This document shows positions 1 through 8,373 of a stretch of DNA of 34,435 nucleotides, piece after piece. Each line of letters begins with the position of its first letter. Within the stretch, counting starts at the first letter, position 1. The notes beneath the pieces were generated by a model. The model was not told the DNA's origin, ran no database searches, and saw nothing but the letters and a program-made list of their open reading frames with translations. The position numbers and the translations under genes were made by a program. The DNA comes from a virus (Duplodnaviria > Caudoviricetes), in the IMG/VR virus record IMGVR_UViG_3300036846_000898, positions 1-34,435 of that record. The stretch is one strand, 5' to 3'.

Positions 1-48
1 ATGACGTAGCCGATGCGCATGTAGACGCGCATGAGCACTTGGTCATCC
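1..48. repeat. 48-bp terminal direct repeat, identical to 34388-34435 (circular assembly overlap)
   Basis: ATGACGTAGC...GGTCATCC is present at both ends, and the capsid ORF reads in frame through the join. Confidence 0.95.
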
Positions 49-863
49 TGGAACGCGTTGACGATGACCTTGCCGGTGGGGTCGGTGACGACGCCCTCGG
101 TGGACATGTCGACGGTGATGTCCTGACGGACGCCGACGATGAGCATGTTCCAGGCGCCGGTGATGATGTCGCACTTGGTCGTGTCGAACGCGGCGCTCGA
201 CGAGAAGACCACCGGGTCGCCGTAGAGCCGATCCGGGTTGTCGGACGCGAGGTTGGGCACGAAGATCGGCTGCCCCACCGTGTCGCGCAAGAGCGCGAGC
301 TGGGACATGACCGAGATGTCGACGCCGTAACCGGTGGCGATGATCCCGTCGTCCTCCACGTCGCCCTCCGCACGCCGTGCGGCCTGCGCGAGGTCGGGAG
401 GATCGGTGGTGGCGGTGTGGACGGTGCGAGCGTTCCACGCCGCGGTCGCCGAGGTGCCCTGTCCGAAGATGCCGCCGACCGGGAAGCTCGGGGGAGCGTT
501 CGTCCCGAACAGCACCGCGGAGTCGATCGAGTACGCCAGCGAGTCGGTGATCGCTTGCTGCACGTTGGGCCAGATCGGGATGCCCGAGTCGTCGATCCAT
601 GCTTGGGGGACCGCGACGAGCGCGGCGACTTCTTCAGTCGTCAGCGTCTCCGCGCTCCATTCGACGGTCGCCTGCGGCTTGGCGCCGCCGGTGCCGTTGA
701 CCCAGCCGCTGACCGGCAACGTCTTGAGAAACGGGACGTTCACCTGCGCGGTGGGCATGGGCTGTCGTCGGCCGAGCTGGAGCACGATGCTCTGCTGGCT
801 GGCGACCTGGATGATCTCCTGGGCGATGGATACGGGAATGAGCGTCGAGTCGATGACAGCCAT
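1..863 (-). CDS. Major capsid protein (HK97 fold), N-terminal part; continues at 34387-34243, about 335 aa in total
   Basis: Not in the ORF track because it is split by the window edge. Manual translation from ATG 863 (RBS GAAGGAGG): MAVIDSTLIPVSIAQEIIQVASQQSIVLQLGRRQPM...EEVAALVAVPQAWIDDSGIPIWPNVQQAITDSLAYSIDSAVLFGTNAP. It follows the scaffold gene. Confidence 0.92.
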   Translation of the reverse strand, partial: MAVIDSTLIPVSIAQEIIQVASQQSIVLQLGRRQPMPTAQVNVPFLKTLPVSGWVNGTGGAKPQATVEWSAETLTTEEVAALVAVPQAWIDDSGIPIWPNVQQAITDSLAYSIDSAVLFGTNAPPSFPVGGIFGQGTSATAAWNARTVHTATTDPPDLAQAARRAEGDVEDDGIIATGYGVDISVMSQLALLRDTVGQPIFVPNLASDNPDRLYGDPVVFSSSAAFDTTKCDIITGAWNMLIVGVRQDITVDMSTEGVVTDPTGKVIVNAFQDDQVLMRVYMRIGYV

Positions 864-899
864 CGCGCGCGCCCTCCTTCCGTTGACAAACGAAACGGA

Positions 900-990
900 T
901 AGGGGGCGTCACGCCCATCCCGGATTGCGTCACGCGCTCCGGGGGTCCTCGCCGGGTCACGACCGGCCTGCCCGCAGCATCACGCCGCGC
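900..990 (-). promoter_or_regulatory. Cluster of four small hairpins with CGUGA loops in the capsid 5' leader
   Basis: TCACG on + at 909, 930, 957 and 980, each inside a short inverted repeat (e.g. GGGCGTGACGCCC, GCCGGTCGTGACCCGGC on the minus strand). Confidence 0.55.
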
Positions 991-1010
991 GCATCGGCCT
1001 GAGTGTCGCG

Positions 1011-1580
1011 CTAGCGAGTGGGCTTCAACAAGCCACGCAAGAACTGGTCGCCGTCGCTCGTGCCGGGATCACCGGCCGGAGCGCCCGGTGTGCCGCGTGT
1101 CCCCTGCGGCACTCTCGGGGGCCCGCTCGTGGCGCTGCGCACGAGATAGGGCTTGTCGTCCACGAGCTTGTCGATGGCCGCGGCGATCGCCTTCGGGTCA
1201 TAGCTGCCGTCGGCCGCGGGCTCGAAGTCGTCGAGGTCGAGCAGCCGCACCGCGTCGCTGGGGTCGGCGAGCTTCTGCGCGGCGATGGCCCGAACCTCGG
1301 CCCGCAGCAGCCGCAGGCCCGCCTCGCGCAGCGCCTCGGTGCGCCCCTCGGCCTTGGCCTCGGCGATCTTGCGCTCCGCATCGCTCATGCCCTCGCGCTT
1401 GACCTTCTCGAGCTCGTCGTCGGCCTTCTTGCGGGCCTTGCGCTCGGCGGCGAGCGCGCCCTGCAAGCGGCCGACCTCTTCGGGGTCGAGCGGCTTGGGC
1501 GGCTCCGGCGGCGGGTCGCCCGGTGCGGGCGGCGGCGGCTCGCCCGGCTCGGGTGGGGTCGGCGGGTCGGTGCTGGTCAT
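1011..1580 (-). CDS. Capsid scaffolding protein
   Basis: Pro-rich N-terminus, coiled coil (LAAERKARKKADDELEK...SDAERKIAEAK), 'LADPSDAVRLLD...KPYL' motif; lies directly upstream of the capsid gene. Confidence 0.88.
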   Translation of the reverse strand: MTSTDPPTPPEPGEPPPPAPGDPPPEPPKPLDPEEVGRLQGALAAERKARKKADDELEKVKREGMSDAERKIAEAKAEGRTEALREAGLRLLRAEVRAIAAQKLADPSDAVRLLDLDDFEPAADGSYDPKAIAAAIDKLVDDKPYLVRSATSGPPRVPQGTRGTPGAPAGDPGTSDGDQFLRGLLKPTR

Positions 1581-1690
1581 TGGCTCGGCTCCTTTGGTTG
1601 CGGTTGTGCGGCCGCCGAGCCCGGCACGGGCGGCAGCGGCTTCACGTCACCCGGCTGATAGGTGAAGCGGTCGGCGCGCGGGTCGGCCAT
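1577..1690 (-). CDS. 37-aa microprotein MADPRADRFTYQPGDVKPLPPVPGSAAAQPQPKEPSQ; candidate immunity protein of the MuF-ART toxin
   Basis: TGATG overlap with the MuF-ART stop (1688-1692) and ATGA overlap with the scaffold start (1577-1580). Confidence 0.65.
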   Translation of the reverse strand: MADPRADRFTYQPGDVKPLPPVPGSAAAQPQPKEPSQ

Positions 1691-3015
1691 CACTCGGGCG
1701 CCACGATGAGCTTGTCGACGGTCTGTTTGCCGAGATAGCCCTTGTCGCCCTGGCGTTCGTAACCGATCACGCGCATGACTTGGCCGCGCGGGAGGGTCAG
1801 CTCTTGCTCGCTGAAGGCGGTGCTGCCTCGACCTGACACGACCGGCAGCGACGCCGACGCGTAGCCCTTCGGCAGTCGGTATTCGATCACCGCGCCGCTG
1901 CCGCCCTCGTGCACCGGGACGCCCGAGTACCCCACCGCGAGGTGCTCCGACCCGGTAGTCGAGACGAAGCCGGAATCGCTGAACCGTGCGCCGACCGCGG
2001 ATTCGTCGACCGGCGTGCCGAGCCATTGCTCGGCGTTCTGCGCGCCGCGGTACACCGTCGCATCGCGCGGCAGCGACCCCTTGGCGATCGCGCTGTCGAG
2101 GTTGTCGACGTAGGCGTTCTGCTCGGCGGTGAGGGGGCTGTCGCTGCGCAGATCGTCGTTGATCGCCGAGGACGACTGGTACCGCTTGACCGCGCCCAGC
2201 TCATCGCTGGTGAGGTCGCCGCTCCACGCCTGCCAGGGCTCGCTCGTCATGTCGGCAGGCGTGAGGTCGGCGCTCTCGGGCGCGGGCTCGGGCTCGGGTG
2301 GCGGCTCTTGCACGGCGATCGGACCATCGCTCCCGAGACGGTCGGTCTCGGCTTGGGCGTCGTCGACGCGCTGCTGGTCGGCGTACAGATCCTTCGACAA
2401 CGCGCGTTGACGTTCGAGCGTCGGGTCGTCCTCGTCGCTGACCGGCGCCACGCCACAGGTGCAGTTGTTGTGCGCGGGGGCCAGCTCGTCGGTGCGGTAG
2501 GTCTGGCCGGCGATGAGCAGGCAGAAGTCGCAGGCCACGTCGCTTGGCACGCGCCGATAAGCGACGACGCCCGGCGTGTCGTCCATCGCGGCGACCGCGG
2601 CCTGTTGGCTCGTGTCGGCGACGTCGGTGCGCGCCAGCTCCCGCACGAGCCGCGCGGCCTTGTCCATCGCATCGTCGAAGAATGACCCCTGCGCCAGCGA
2701 CGTGCGCGCGTCGATGACCGGGCTCATGTACCGATCGGGCAGCCCGTCGGCCACGACCGAAGCGATGTCGAGCTTGGCGGTGGGAGCCAGGTCCATCGAC
2801 CGTGCGATCTGGCGCGTGTAGGCGAGCTGGGTGTAGGCGGCCTGAGTCTTGGAGGCACGCATCGTCGGGACCGCGAAGCGCAACCACGTGGACGCGTCCT
2901 CGTCGGTGATGCCGCCCAGGTGCCCCCACGAGCGGTAGTAGATCTCGCCGATCTTCTTGGCGTACGCGCTCATGCGGCGCTGATTCGCCACCGCGAGATC
3001 AACGGGCGACGGCAC
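1690..3015 (-). CDS. MuF-like minor head protein fused to a C-terminal VIP2-like ADP-ribosyltransferase (about 441 aa)
   Basis: Follows the portal gene. MuF motif 'YRRVPSDVACDFCLLIA...HNNCTC'; ART R-S-E signature 'VYRG', 'GFVSTT', 'FSEQELTLPRG'. Probable GTG start at 3015 overlapping the portal end. Confidence 0.88.
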   Translation of the reverse strand: MPSPVDLAVANQRRMSAYAKKIGEIYYRSWGHLGGITDEDASTWLRFAVPTMRASKTQAAYTQLAYTRQIARSMDLAPTAKLDIASVVADGLPDRYMSPVIDARTSLAQGSFFDDAMDKAARLVRELARTDVADTSQQAAVAAMDDTPGVVAYRRVPSDVACDFCLLIAGQTYRTDELAPAHNNCTCGVAPVSDEDDPTLERQRALSKDLYADQQRVDDAQAETDRLGSDGPIAVQEPPPEPEPAPESADLTPADMTSEPWQAWSGDLTSDELGAVKRYQSSSAINDDLRSDSPLTAEQNAYVDNLDSAIAKGSLPRDATVYRGAQNAEQWLGTPVDESAVGARFSDSGFVSTTGSEHLAVGYSGVPVHEGGSGAVIEYRLPKGYASASLPVVSGRGSTAFSEQELTLPRGQVMRVIGYERQGDKGYLGKQTVDKLIVAPE

Positions 3016-4441
3016 CGGACACCGTGACGACCGGCGCCGCGAGCGCGGTGCGCGCGGCCTGCTCCGCGGCCATCTGCTTCCACCGGTCGATCTCTTGCGG
3101 TGATGCGCCCCACTTCTGCCAGAGCACTTCTTGGGGCACGCCGATGCTCGCCATCTTGACGAGCGCGTCGGCCAGCTCGGCATCGGAGCGAGTCTCGAAG
3201 TCGCCCCACATGACCTCGGCTTGGAAGTCGGCCGCGCGGGCGTCGCCTATCGCCGAGAAGGACAGCCGCATGACGTCCTCCCACGCTTCGCCGATGTGGG
3301 CGGCGCGGCGTCGCACCTTCGCCACCAGCCCGGCCTCGGCCGCCTTCAGCGCATCGCCGCTCGCGTTGACGATCTCGCCGAGCAGATAGTGCGGCGGCGT
3401 CTTGGTCACCGCGGCGAGATGGTTCACGTCCGAGGCCACGGAGCGGATGTAGCCCGCCAACTCGCTCTCGCCGAACTCGCCGAACTTGACGGTCGAATCC
3501 TCGGCGACGAGCAGGCGATCGACCGCGATCTCGAACGGCGACGCGTGCTGCGGCTCGCCCGTCAGCGGGTCGGTGATCTCGTTGCCGTCGGCGTCGCGCG
3601 CGACCGGCAACGTCAGGCCGGTGGCCCACTTCTGGCGGAAGGCGGCGTACTCGGTCGCGATCATCCGGTTGAGGATCGTCGTGTTGATCCGGTCCTGAAG
3701 GTCGAGCACGCCATCCATCTCGGAGCGCCCCGGCAACATGCCGACGAGCAGCGGATTCGAGCGCGGCCACGGGCACAACTCGACGATGGGCACCTCGCCC
3801 AGCGGGTTCGCAGCCTCCGCGGTGAGTTGCCAGTACGCGCCGCTCCAGATCATCGCGGTCGTCGCGCCCGGAGGTTGTGTGCCGGGCGCTGGCGCGGCCC
3901 ATTCGAAGCTCGTGCTCGCGGTGCAGAGCCAGCAGCGCAACAGCCCCGGCTCGCGCCAGGTCTTGAGCGAGACGAGCGGCGTGCGTCGGTCGTCGGGGTC
4001 GTAGGCGAGGATCGTCTGCGTCGGGTGCTCGGCGGCGATGCGCACCCCGACCGGCGAGTCCTGATCCGGCCACACGCTCACGTAGTTGACCCCGCACACC
4101 AGCGCGTCGGTCTGCGCAAGTTCGGCGTTGGCGTCGAGGCCGTTGGCCTGCCAGATCATCCAGGCGTCGTCGTCGCCTTGCGCGTCGCCGAAGCGGAAGC
4201 CGACGACCTGCAACCGCTCGGCCACGGAGTCGACGACGAGCTGTATCCAGTTCGTGCGCGACTGCTTCAGCAGGCGGCGGTAGGCGTCGAGCGCGGCCTG
4301 GGGCGCACGAGGCAGCGGGTGGTCGCCCTCGTAGTAGGCGAGGCGCTCCCGGAGGAAGGGTTGGCGCCATTGCAGCTCGACCAGCAGCGCCGTGCGCCAT
4401 TGCTCGGGTGTCCGGTCGGCCAACGCCGACATCTCGGTCAT
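2999..4441 (-). CDS. Portal protein (SPP1 Gp6-like), about 480 aa
   Basis: 'YYEGDHPL...TNWIQLVVDSVAERLQVVGF', 'AAFRQKWATG', 'NASGDALKAAEAGLVAKV' motifs; ATG 4441 lies just after terL. The longer ORF-track start overlaps terL. Confidence 0.93.
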   Translation of the reverse strand: MTEMSALADRTPEQWRTALLVELQWRQPFLRERLAYYEGDHPLPRAPQAALDAYRRLLKQSRTNWIQLVVDSVAERLQVVGFRFGDAQGDDDAWMIWQANGLDANAELAQTDALVCGVNYVSVWPDQDSPVGVRIAAEHPTQTILAYDPDDRRTPLVSLKTWREPGLLRCWLCTASTSFEWAAPAPGTQPPGATTAMIWSGAYWQLTAEAANPLGEVPIVELCPWPRSNPLLVGMLPGRSEMDGVLDLQDRINTTILNRMIATEYAAFRQKWATGLTLPVARDADGNEITDPLTGEPQHASPFEIAVDRLLVAEDSTVKFGEFGESELAGYIRSVASDVNHLAAVTKTPPHYLLGEIVNASGDALKAAEAGLVAKVRRRAAHIGEAWEDVMRLSFSAIGDARAADFQAEVMWGDFETRSDAELADALVKMASIGVPQEVLWQKWGASPQEIDRWKQMAAEQAARTALAAPVVTVSGAVAR

Positions 4442-4482
4442 TGGCCCGAAGCGTACGCCGATGTCGTGAGCGCATACACGGA

Positions 4483-6237
4483 TCAGAAGCCTGCCGCTCG
4501 GCCTCGAGACTTCGGCACCGGCGCGCGCAGGAACCCGTCGACCGCGTTGGCGAGCGCGGCCATGGCGTCGATGCGAGCCGCGGCGCGTTGGCGATCGGGT
4601 TTGACCAGCTTCAGGTTCTCGGTCGAATCGGTGAGCACCTCGGCCGACGATGCGCACCAGGCCGCCACCGGGTCGGCCCCCACGTCGAGCACGCCCGCCG
4701 ACAACTGGCGGTCGATCTCCTTCAGCGCACCCGACTGGCCCGAGAACGCCTGGCTCACGAAGCTGACCGTCAGCTTGGGCAACGCGCGCTGGGCCCAGTT
4801 CACGGTGCCGGTGGCGTTCCAGCGGTCGATGCCGAGGTCGGCCACCGCGTAGCGGGCGCAGTCGGCGGCGATGTCGTCGTGCAGCGCGTCGTAGTCCACG
4901 ACCTCGCCGTCGGTCACGGTCGCCCACCCGGCCGCGACCCATTGCTCGAACAGGCCGTCGGTGATGCGGTTGAGCGTGTCGAGCGCCCCTTCGGGCACGT
5001 AGTGCCGCCACACCGCGCAGGCGGGCAAGGCGTCCTTGGCCGGGAAGTACCAGCACAGCGAGGTCAGGTCCGACACCGCGGCGAGGTCGAGGCCGCCGTG
5101 ACACCGGCGGCCGACGAGCTCGTCGAGCACCAACGCCTCGCCGGTGCGCCAGCGCCCATCGGGGAGCCAGCGCGACTCGGCCCGTTGCCACTGGTTGAGG
5201 TGGAACTGGCGAAACGCCTTGGCCTTGCGCGGGTCGAGCAGCGCCTCGGCGCACTCGTCGCGCAGGCTGCCCACGGTCAAGAAGAACCCGAGCGCCGGGT
5301 TGGCCGCGTGCCAGCTCGGCTCGTCGTTGAGTGGCGCGTCGGCCGCCGCGGCGCGAATCCACACGTAGCGGCGAGCGTCGAGTGAGGGGTCGCTCGCGAT
5401 CCGCCGGCAGTACGCCTCCTCGTTGGCGGCGAAGCTCGGCAGGCGATCCCCGGCGGTGGTGGCCGCGATCATCAGCGGTTGCGGCCGGGTGCCCATCGCG
5501 GTGCGCAGCGCGTTCCACAGCGCGTCGTCGGGCTGCGTGCACACCTCGTCGAAGATCACGCCGTGGACGTTCTCGCCCAGCGCGTGCTCGGCGTCAGCCG
5601 AGATGATCTCGTAGTAGCTGCGGGTGGCGTTGTCGACGAGGCGGGCGCCGTCGTGCGCGGTGATCGACAAGCGGCCCGAGTCGAGCGCGGGGCGCAGCCG
5701 CGGTGACAGTTCGACCATGGCCCGGGCGACGGCGAACACCTTGGTCGCCTGATGGCGGGTGCCTGCGCAGCCGATCAGCTCGGCCGCCTCCTCGCCGTCG
5801 GCCAGCAACAGGTACAGCGCGATGGCGGCGAGCAGCTCGCTCTTGCCGTTCTTGCGCCCCGCGCTGATCCACACGATGCGGTAGACGCGCACCCATTCGC
5901 CGAACTCGTCCGACCACTCGACCCAGCCGAAGATCGGCTCGATGATCTCGTGCTGTTGCCAGGGCGTGAGCAGGAACGGTTTGCGCGCCCAGCGGCTTTT
6001 GGTGTGGACGCAGCACTCCTGGATGAACTCGACCGTGTGCGCGGCACGCGGGGCGCAGTAGTGGCGGCCACGCCGGTCGCACGGCCACGGGCCGTCGCGT
6101 TCGGGCACCCACCACGACGCCGCGCAGCACAGGGTGCGGGTGCGGTCCCGCAGCGGTGGCGCCGAGCGGACGCACGCCGTGAGCGCCCGCCGAGCCAGTC
6201 GCCCGCCGGGCCCGGGGGTGATCTTGGTGCTCGACAC
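4483..6237 (-). CDS. terL: Terminase large subunit
   Basis: Walker A 'AGRKNGKS', Walker B 'VIFDE', 'ATTAG' coupling motif, nuclease 'GGLDLA' and 'RIDAMAA'. Confidence 0.96.
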   Translation of the reverse strand: MSSTKITPGPGGRLARRALTACVRSAPPLRDRTRTLCCAASWWVPERDGPWPCDRRGRHYCAPRAAHTVEFIQECCVHTKSRWARKPFLLTPWQQHEIIEPIFGWVEWSDEFGEWVRVYRIVWISAGRKNGKSELLAAIALYLLLADGEEAAELIGCAGTRHQATKVFAVARAMVELSPRLRPALDSGRLSITAHDGARLVDNATRSYYEIISADAEHALGENVHGVIFDEVCTQPDDALWNALRTAMGTRPQPLMIAATTAGDRLPSFAANEEAYCRRIASDPSLDARRYVWIRAAAADAPLNDEPSWHAANPALGFFLTVGSLRDECAEALLDPRKAKAFRQFHLNQWQRAESRWLPDGRWRTGEALVLDELVGRRCHGGLDLAAVSDLTSLCWYFPAKDALPACAVWRHYVPEGALDTLNRITDGLFEQWVAAGWATVTDGEVVDYDALHDDIAADCARYAVADLGIDRWNATGTVNWAQRALPKLTVSFVSQAFSGQSGALKEIDRQLSAGVLDVGADPVAAWCASSAEVLTDSTENLKLVKPDRQRAAARIDAMAALANAVDGFLRAPVPKSRGRAAGF

Positions 6238-6714
6238 TCAGCCCATGAAGCGCGCGGCCACCGGGTCGAGCGGCGCACCGCCCGGCGCACCCGACGCCAG
6301 CCTCGCTCGAATCTGCGACCTCGACGCCGGGGTGAGCCCGAACTCCCGGCACCACGCCAACACGTCGCGACCGGACTCGCGTTGCATCAGCGCGGCGGGG
6401 TTGCGCCGCGGTTGGCGCTTCTCGTCCACCACCAGCGGGCCGACGGTGTTGACCAACGCCGAGCACCGCTCGAAGTCGGTCCAGCGCTGGGCCAACGCCC
6501 ACAAGGCGAAGCGGTCACCGGCGCCGAGCACGCCGGTCGGCTCCAGCACGGCCACCAGCAGGTCCCAGGTGCGGCCCACCGCCTCGTCCATGTCGGTCGG
6601 CTTGTCCGGTGCACCCGGTGCGAAGTGCAGCTCGTCGTCGTTGATGCGGCTCGGTCGCTCGCCGTGCAGCAGCTTGAGCGCGGTCGGCCGAGGGCGGCGT
6701 CCAGTCTTCGGCAC
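6238..6714 (-). CDS. terS: Terminase small subunit (P27 family), about 158 aa
   Basis: 'GRRPRPTALKLLHG', 'RNPA', 'EFGLTPASRS' motifs; the stop abuts the terL GTG. Confidence 0.92.
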   Translation of the reverse strand: MPKTGRRPRPTALKLLHGERPSRINDDELHFAPGAPDKPTDMDEAVGRTWDLLVAVLEPTGVLGAGDRFALWALAQRWTDFERCSALVNTVGPLVVDEKRQPRRNPAALMQRESGRDVLAWCREFGLTPASRSQIRARLASGAPGGAPLDPVAARFMG

Positions 6715-7131
6715 AGCCCCCACAATGGCCCTGTGAGCGTCGATGCGCCAGGCCGGTACAGCCAAGCGACCGTGACGTACGTGCCAGCGACGTGCCAGCA
6801 AGGCCGGGGAAACGCAACGACATGTGACGCGTGCCCAGCGGCCGGTACCGATTGGGTGCCCCTTGGCCTGGGTTGGGGGGTACCCCCCATCGGGTTGCAC
6901 GCCCACACGAGGCGCGACGCGGCCGGGTCATCATCGTCCAACGTCCGCCACCGCCACCGGCAGGCGGGGATTGCACGTCACGTCCGCCTCCGGCCAGCGG
7001 CCCAGCGCCAGCGGGTCGTGACACGTGCGGGCGCTCACCCCCGCGGGTGAACCGACGGCGCGTTCGGGCGTGGCGACGGCGGCGATGAGACGACCGCCAC
7101 CGCAGCGGCGTTGGACCCGGCCGCGTTCATC
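6715..7131. other. Putative cos/packaging initiation region, including a perfect 16-bp palindrome TGGGGGGTACCCCCCA (6874-6889)
   Basis: Gap without a convincing gene between HNH and P27-type terS, the usual cos position in HNH/P27 phages; short repeats ACGTGCCAGC near 6778-6799. Confidence 0.5.
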
Positions 7132-7488
7132 TCACCGCCGTCGAAGTGCGCCCTCGTCTCGCACCGTGCGCCGTTGATGACACGGCTTGCACCGCGCTTG
7201 CAGCCAGCGCTCGGCGTCGGGGTCGGCGACGCCGCGGGCGACGAGCACCCGACGGGCGACCGGGGCGTGGTCGGCGATGGTCGCCGGTGCGCCGCAGTCG
7301 ACACAGCGCGGGTGACGGGCGAGGAAGCTCGCACGGCGTCGACGCCACGCGGCCGACGAGTAGCGGTGATGGTCGATGCGAGCGGCGTCGGCGCGGCGTG
7401 CGCACGTCACGCACGAGCGCTGCGCGGGGTTCTCGAGGATGCCGGGACAGCCTGGCGTCGAGCACCGGCGCAGCGCACGGCGAGGCAT
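7132..7488 (-). CDS. HNH endonuclease (terminase-associated)
   Basis: 'WRRRRASFLARHPRCVDC...ADH...LQARCKPCHQRRT' plus N-terminal Cys motif; located upstream of terS. Confidence 0.85.
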   Translation of the reverse strand: MPRRALRRCSTPGCPGILENPAQRSCVTCARRADAARIDHHRYSSAAWRRRRASFLARHPRCVDCGAPATIADHAPVARRVLVARGVADPDAERWLQARCKPCHQRRTVRDEGALRRR

Positions 7489-7739
7489 CAGGCCGAGCGC
7501 GACTGCCGGGGCCCGGCGATGCCGAGGGCGTCACGCTCTTCGACGACGAAGGCGTCGTACTCGGCCCGGTGCACGTCGGCCAGGCGGGCGAGCGCACGGT
7601 CACGAGCGAGGCGGCGCAGGCGGTCGCGGCGCAGGGCGTCAGGGTTGTCGGCACGGTAGGCCCGCATGTAGGCGGCCCACCCCCGTTTGGGCGGCACGCC
7701 GTGAACGCTAGGGCCCGCGTCGGCGCACTCAGCGGTCAA
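7488..7739 (-). CDS. Hypothetical protein (Arg-rich, start uncertain)
   Basis: Stop overlaps the HNH start; TTG 7739 overlaps the upstream stop; 'AAYMRAYR...RALARLADVHRAEY'. Confidence 0.6.
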   Translation of the reverse strand: MTAECADAGPSVHGVPPKRGWAAYMRAYRADNPDALRRDRLRRLARDRALARLADVHRAEYDAFVVEERDALGIAGPRQSRSA

Positions 7740-8092
7740 GGCACGTCGCCCGCGCAACCACGGCGGAACGTCGCCAACTCGGGGTCGAACTGATACCAGC
7801 ACACGACGTCATCGAACGGCAGCCGGTCGATCGAGTCAGGGTCGAGGCCAGTCGGTCGCCGACAATGCGTGCATTGCCCGCCGTCGACAAGCAGCTCGGC
7901 GAGGCGCAACACCGCCACGGTCGGGTGCAGCGCGCCCGCGGCCTCGGCTCCATCGCCATAGATGACGACGGCTGCCCACACCACGGGTTGCTCGTCGCCG
8001 CTGTAGCGAATCTGGAACTGCTTCGCCCCGGTGCGGCCGATCAGATCGACGGCAGCGACGAATCTCGGGTCCTGAGTGGGGTCGTCGCTCAT
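7736..8092 (-). CDS. Hypothetical protein with Zn-binding Cys motifs (118 aa)
   Basis: ATGA overlap at 8089-8092; 'DGGQCTHC...CWYQFDPEL...RGC'. Confidence 0.75.
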   Translation of the reverse strand: MSDDPTQDPRFVAAVDLIGRTGAKQFQIRYSGDEQPVVWAAVVIYGDGAEAAGALHPTVAVLRLAELLVDGGQCTHCRRPTGLDPDSIDRLPFDDVVCWYQFDPELATFRRGCAGDVP

Positions 8093-8373
8093 GCCGACGG
8101 GTCGTTGAGCAGGCCGCCGGGGTCGGCGGCGTCGTCGATGCGGCCGTCGCCGACCCATTCGGCGACCTCTTCGACATCGGCGGTGTACGGGCACGAACCC
8201 TCGTCGCACATGGGGCACGTCTCGCCGAGCATGCCGATCAGGTCGTGAAAGGCGTGGTCACGCTCGACCACCGCCGACAGCAGGTTCCCCGAGCCCGCCT
8301 CGCTCACGGCGCGCCACGCCTGCACGTACCGGCGCGCGGAGGCGACGATGTCGCGATTGGTGCCGGTGGTCAT
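8089..8373 (-). CDS. Hypothetical protein (94 aa, CxxC motif)
   Basis: ATGA-coupled on both sides. Confidence 0.7.
   Translation of the reverse strand: MTTGTNRDIVASARRYVQAWRAVSEAGSGNLLSAVVERDHAFHDLIGMLGETCPMCDEGSCPYTADVEEVAEWVGDGRIDDAADPGGLLNDPSA

Noticed and set aside
39-7050. Long plus-strand and alternative-frame ORFs (e.g. 39-902, 3131-4852, 5752-7050, 2970-4475)
   Set aside because: These are high-GC shadow ORFs overlapping well-supported structural genes, Arg/Gly-rich with no motifs. The same applies to 14660-16060, 17817-19817 and similar ORFs.
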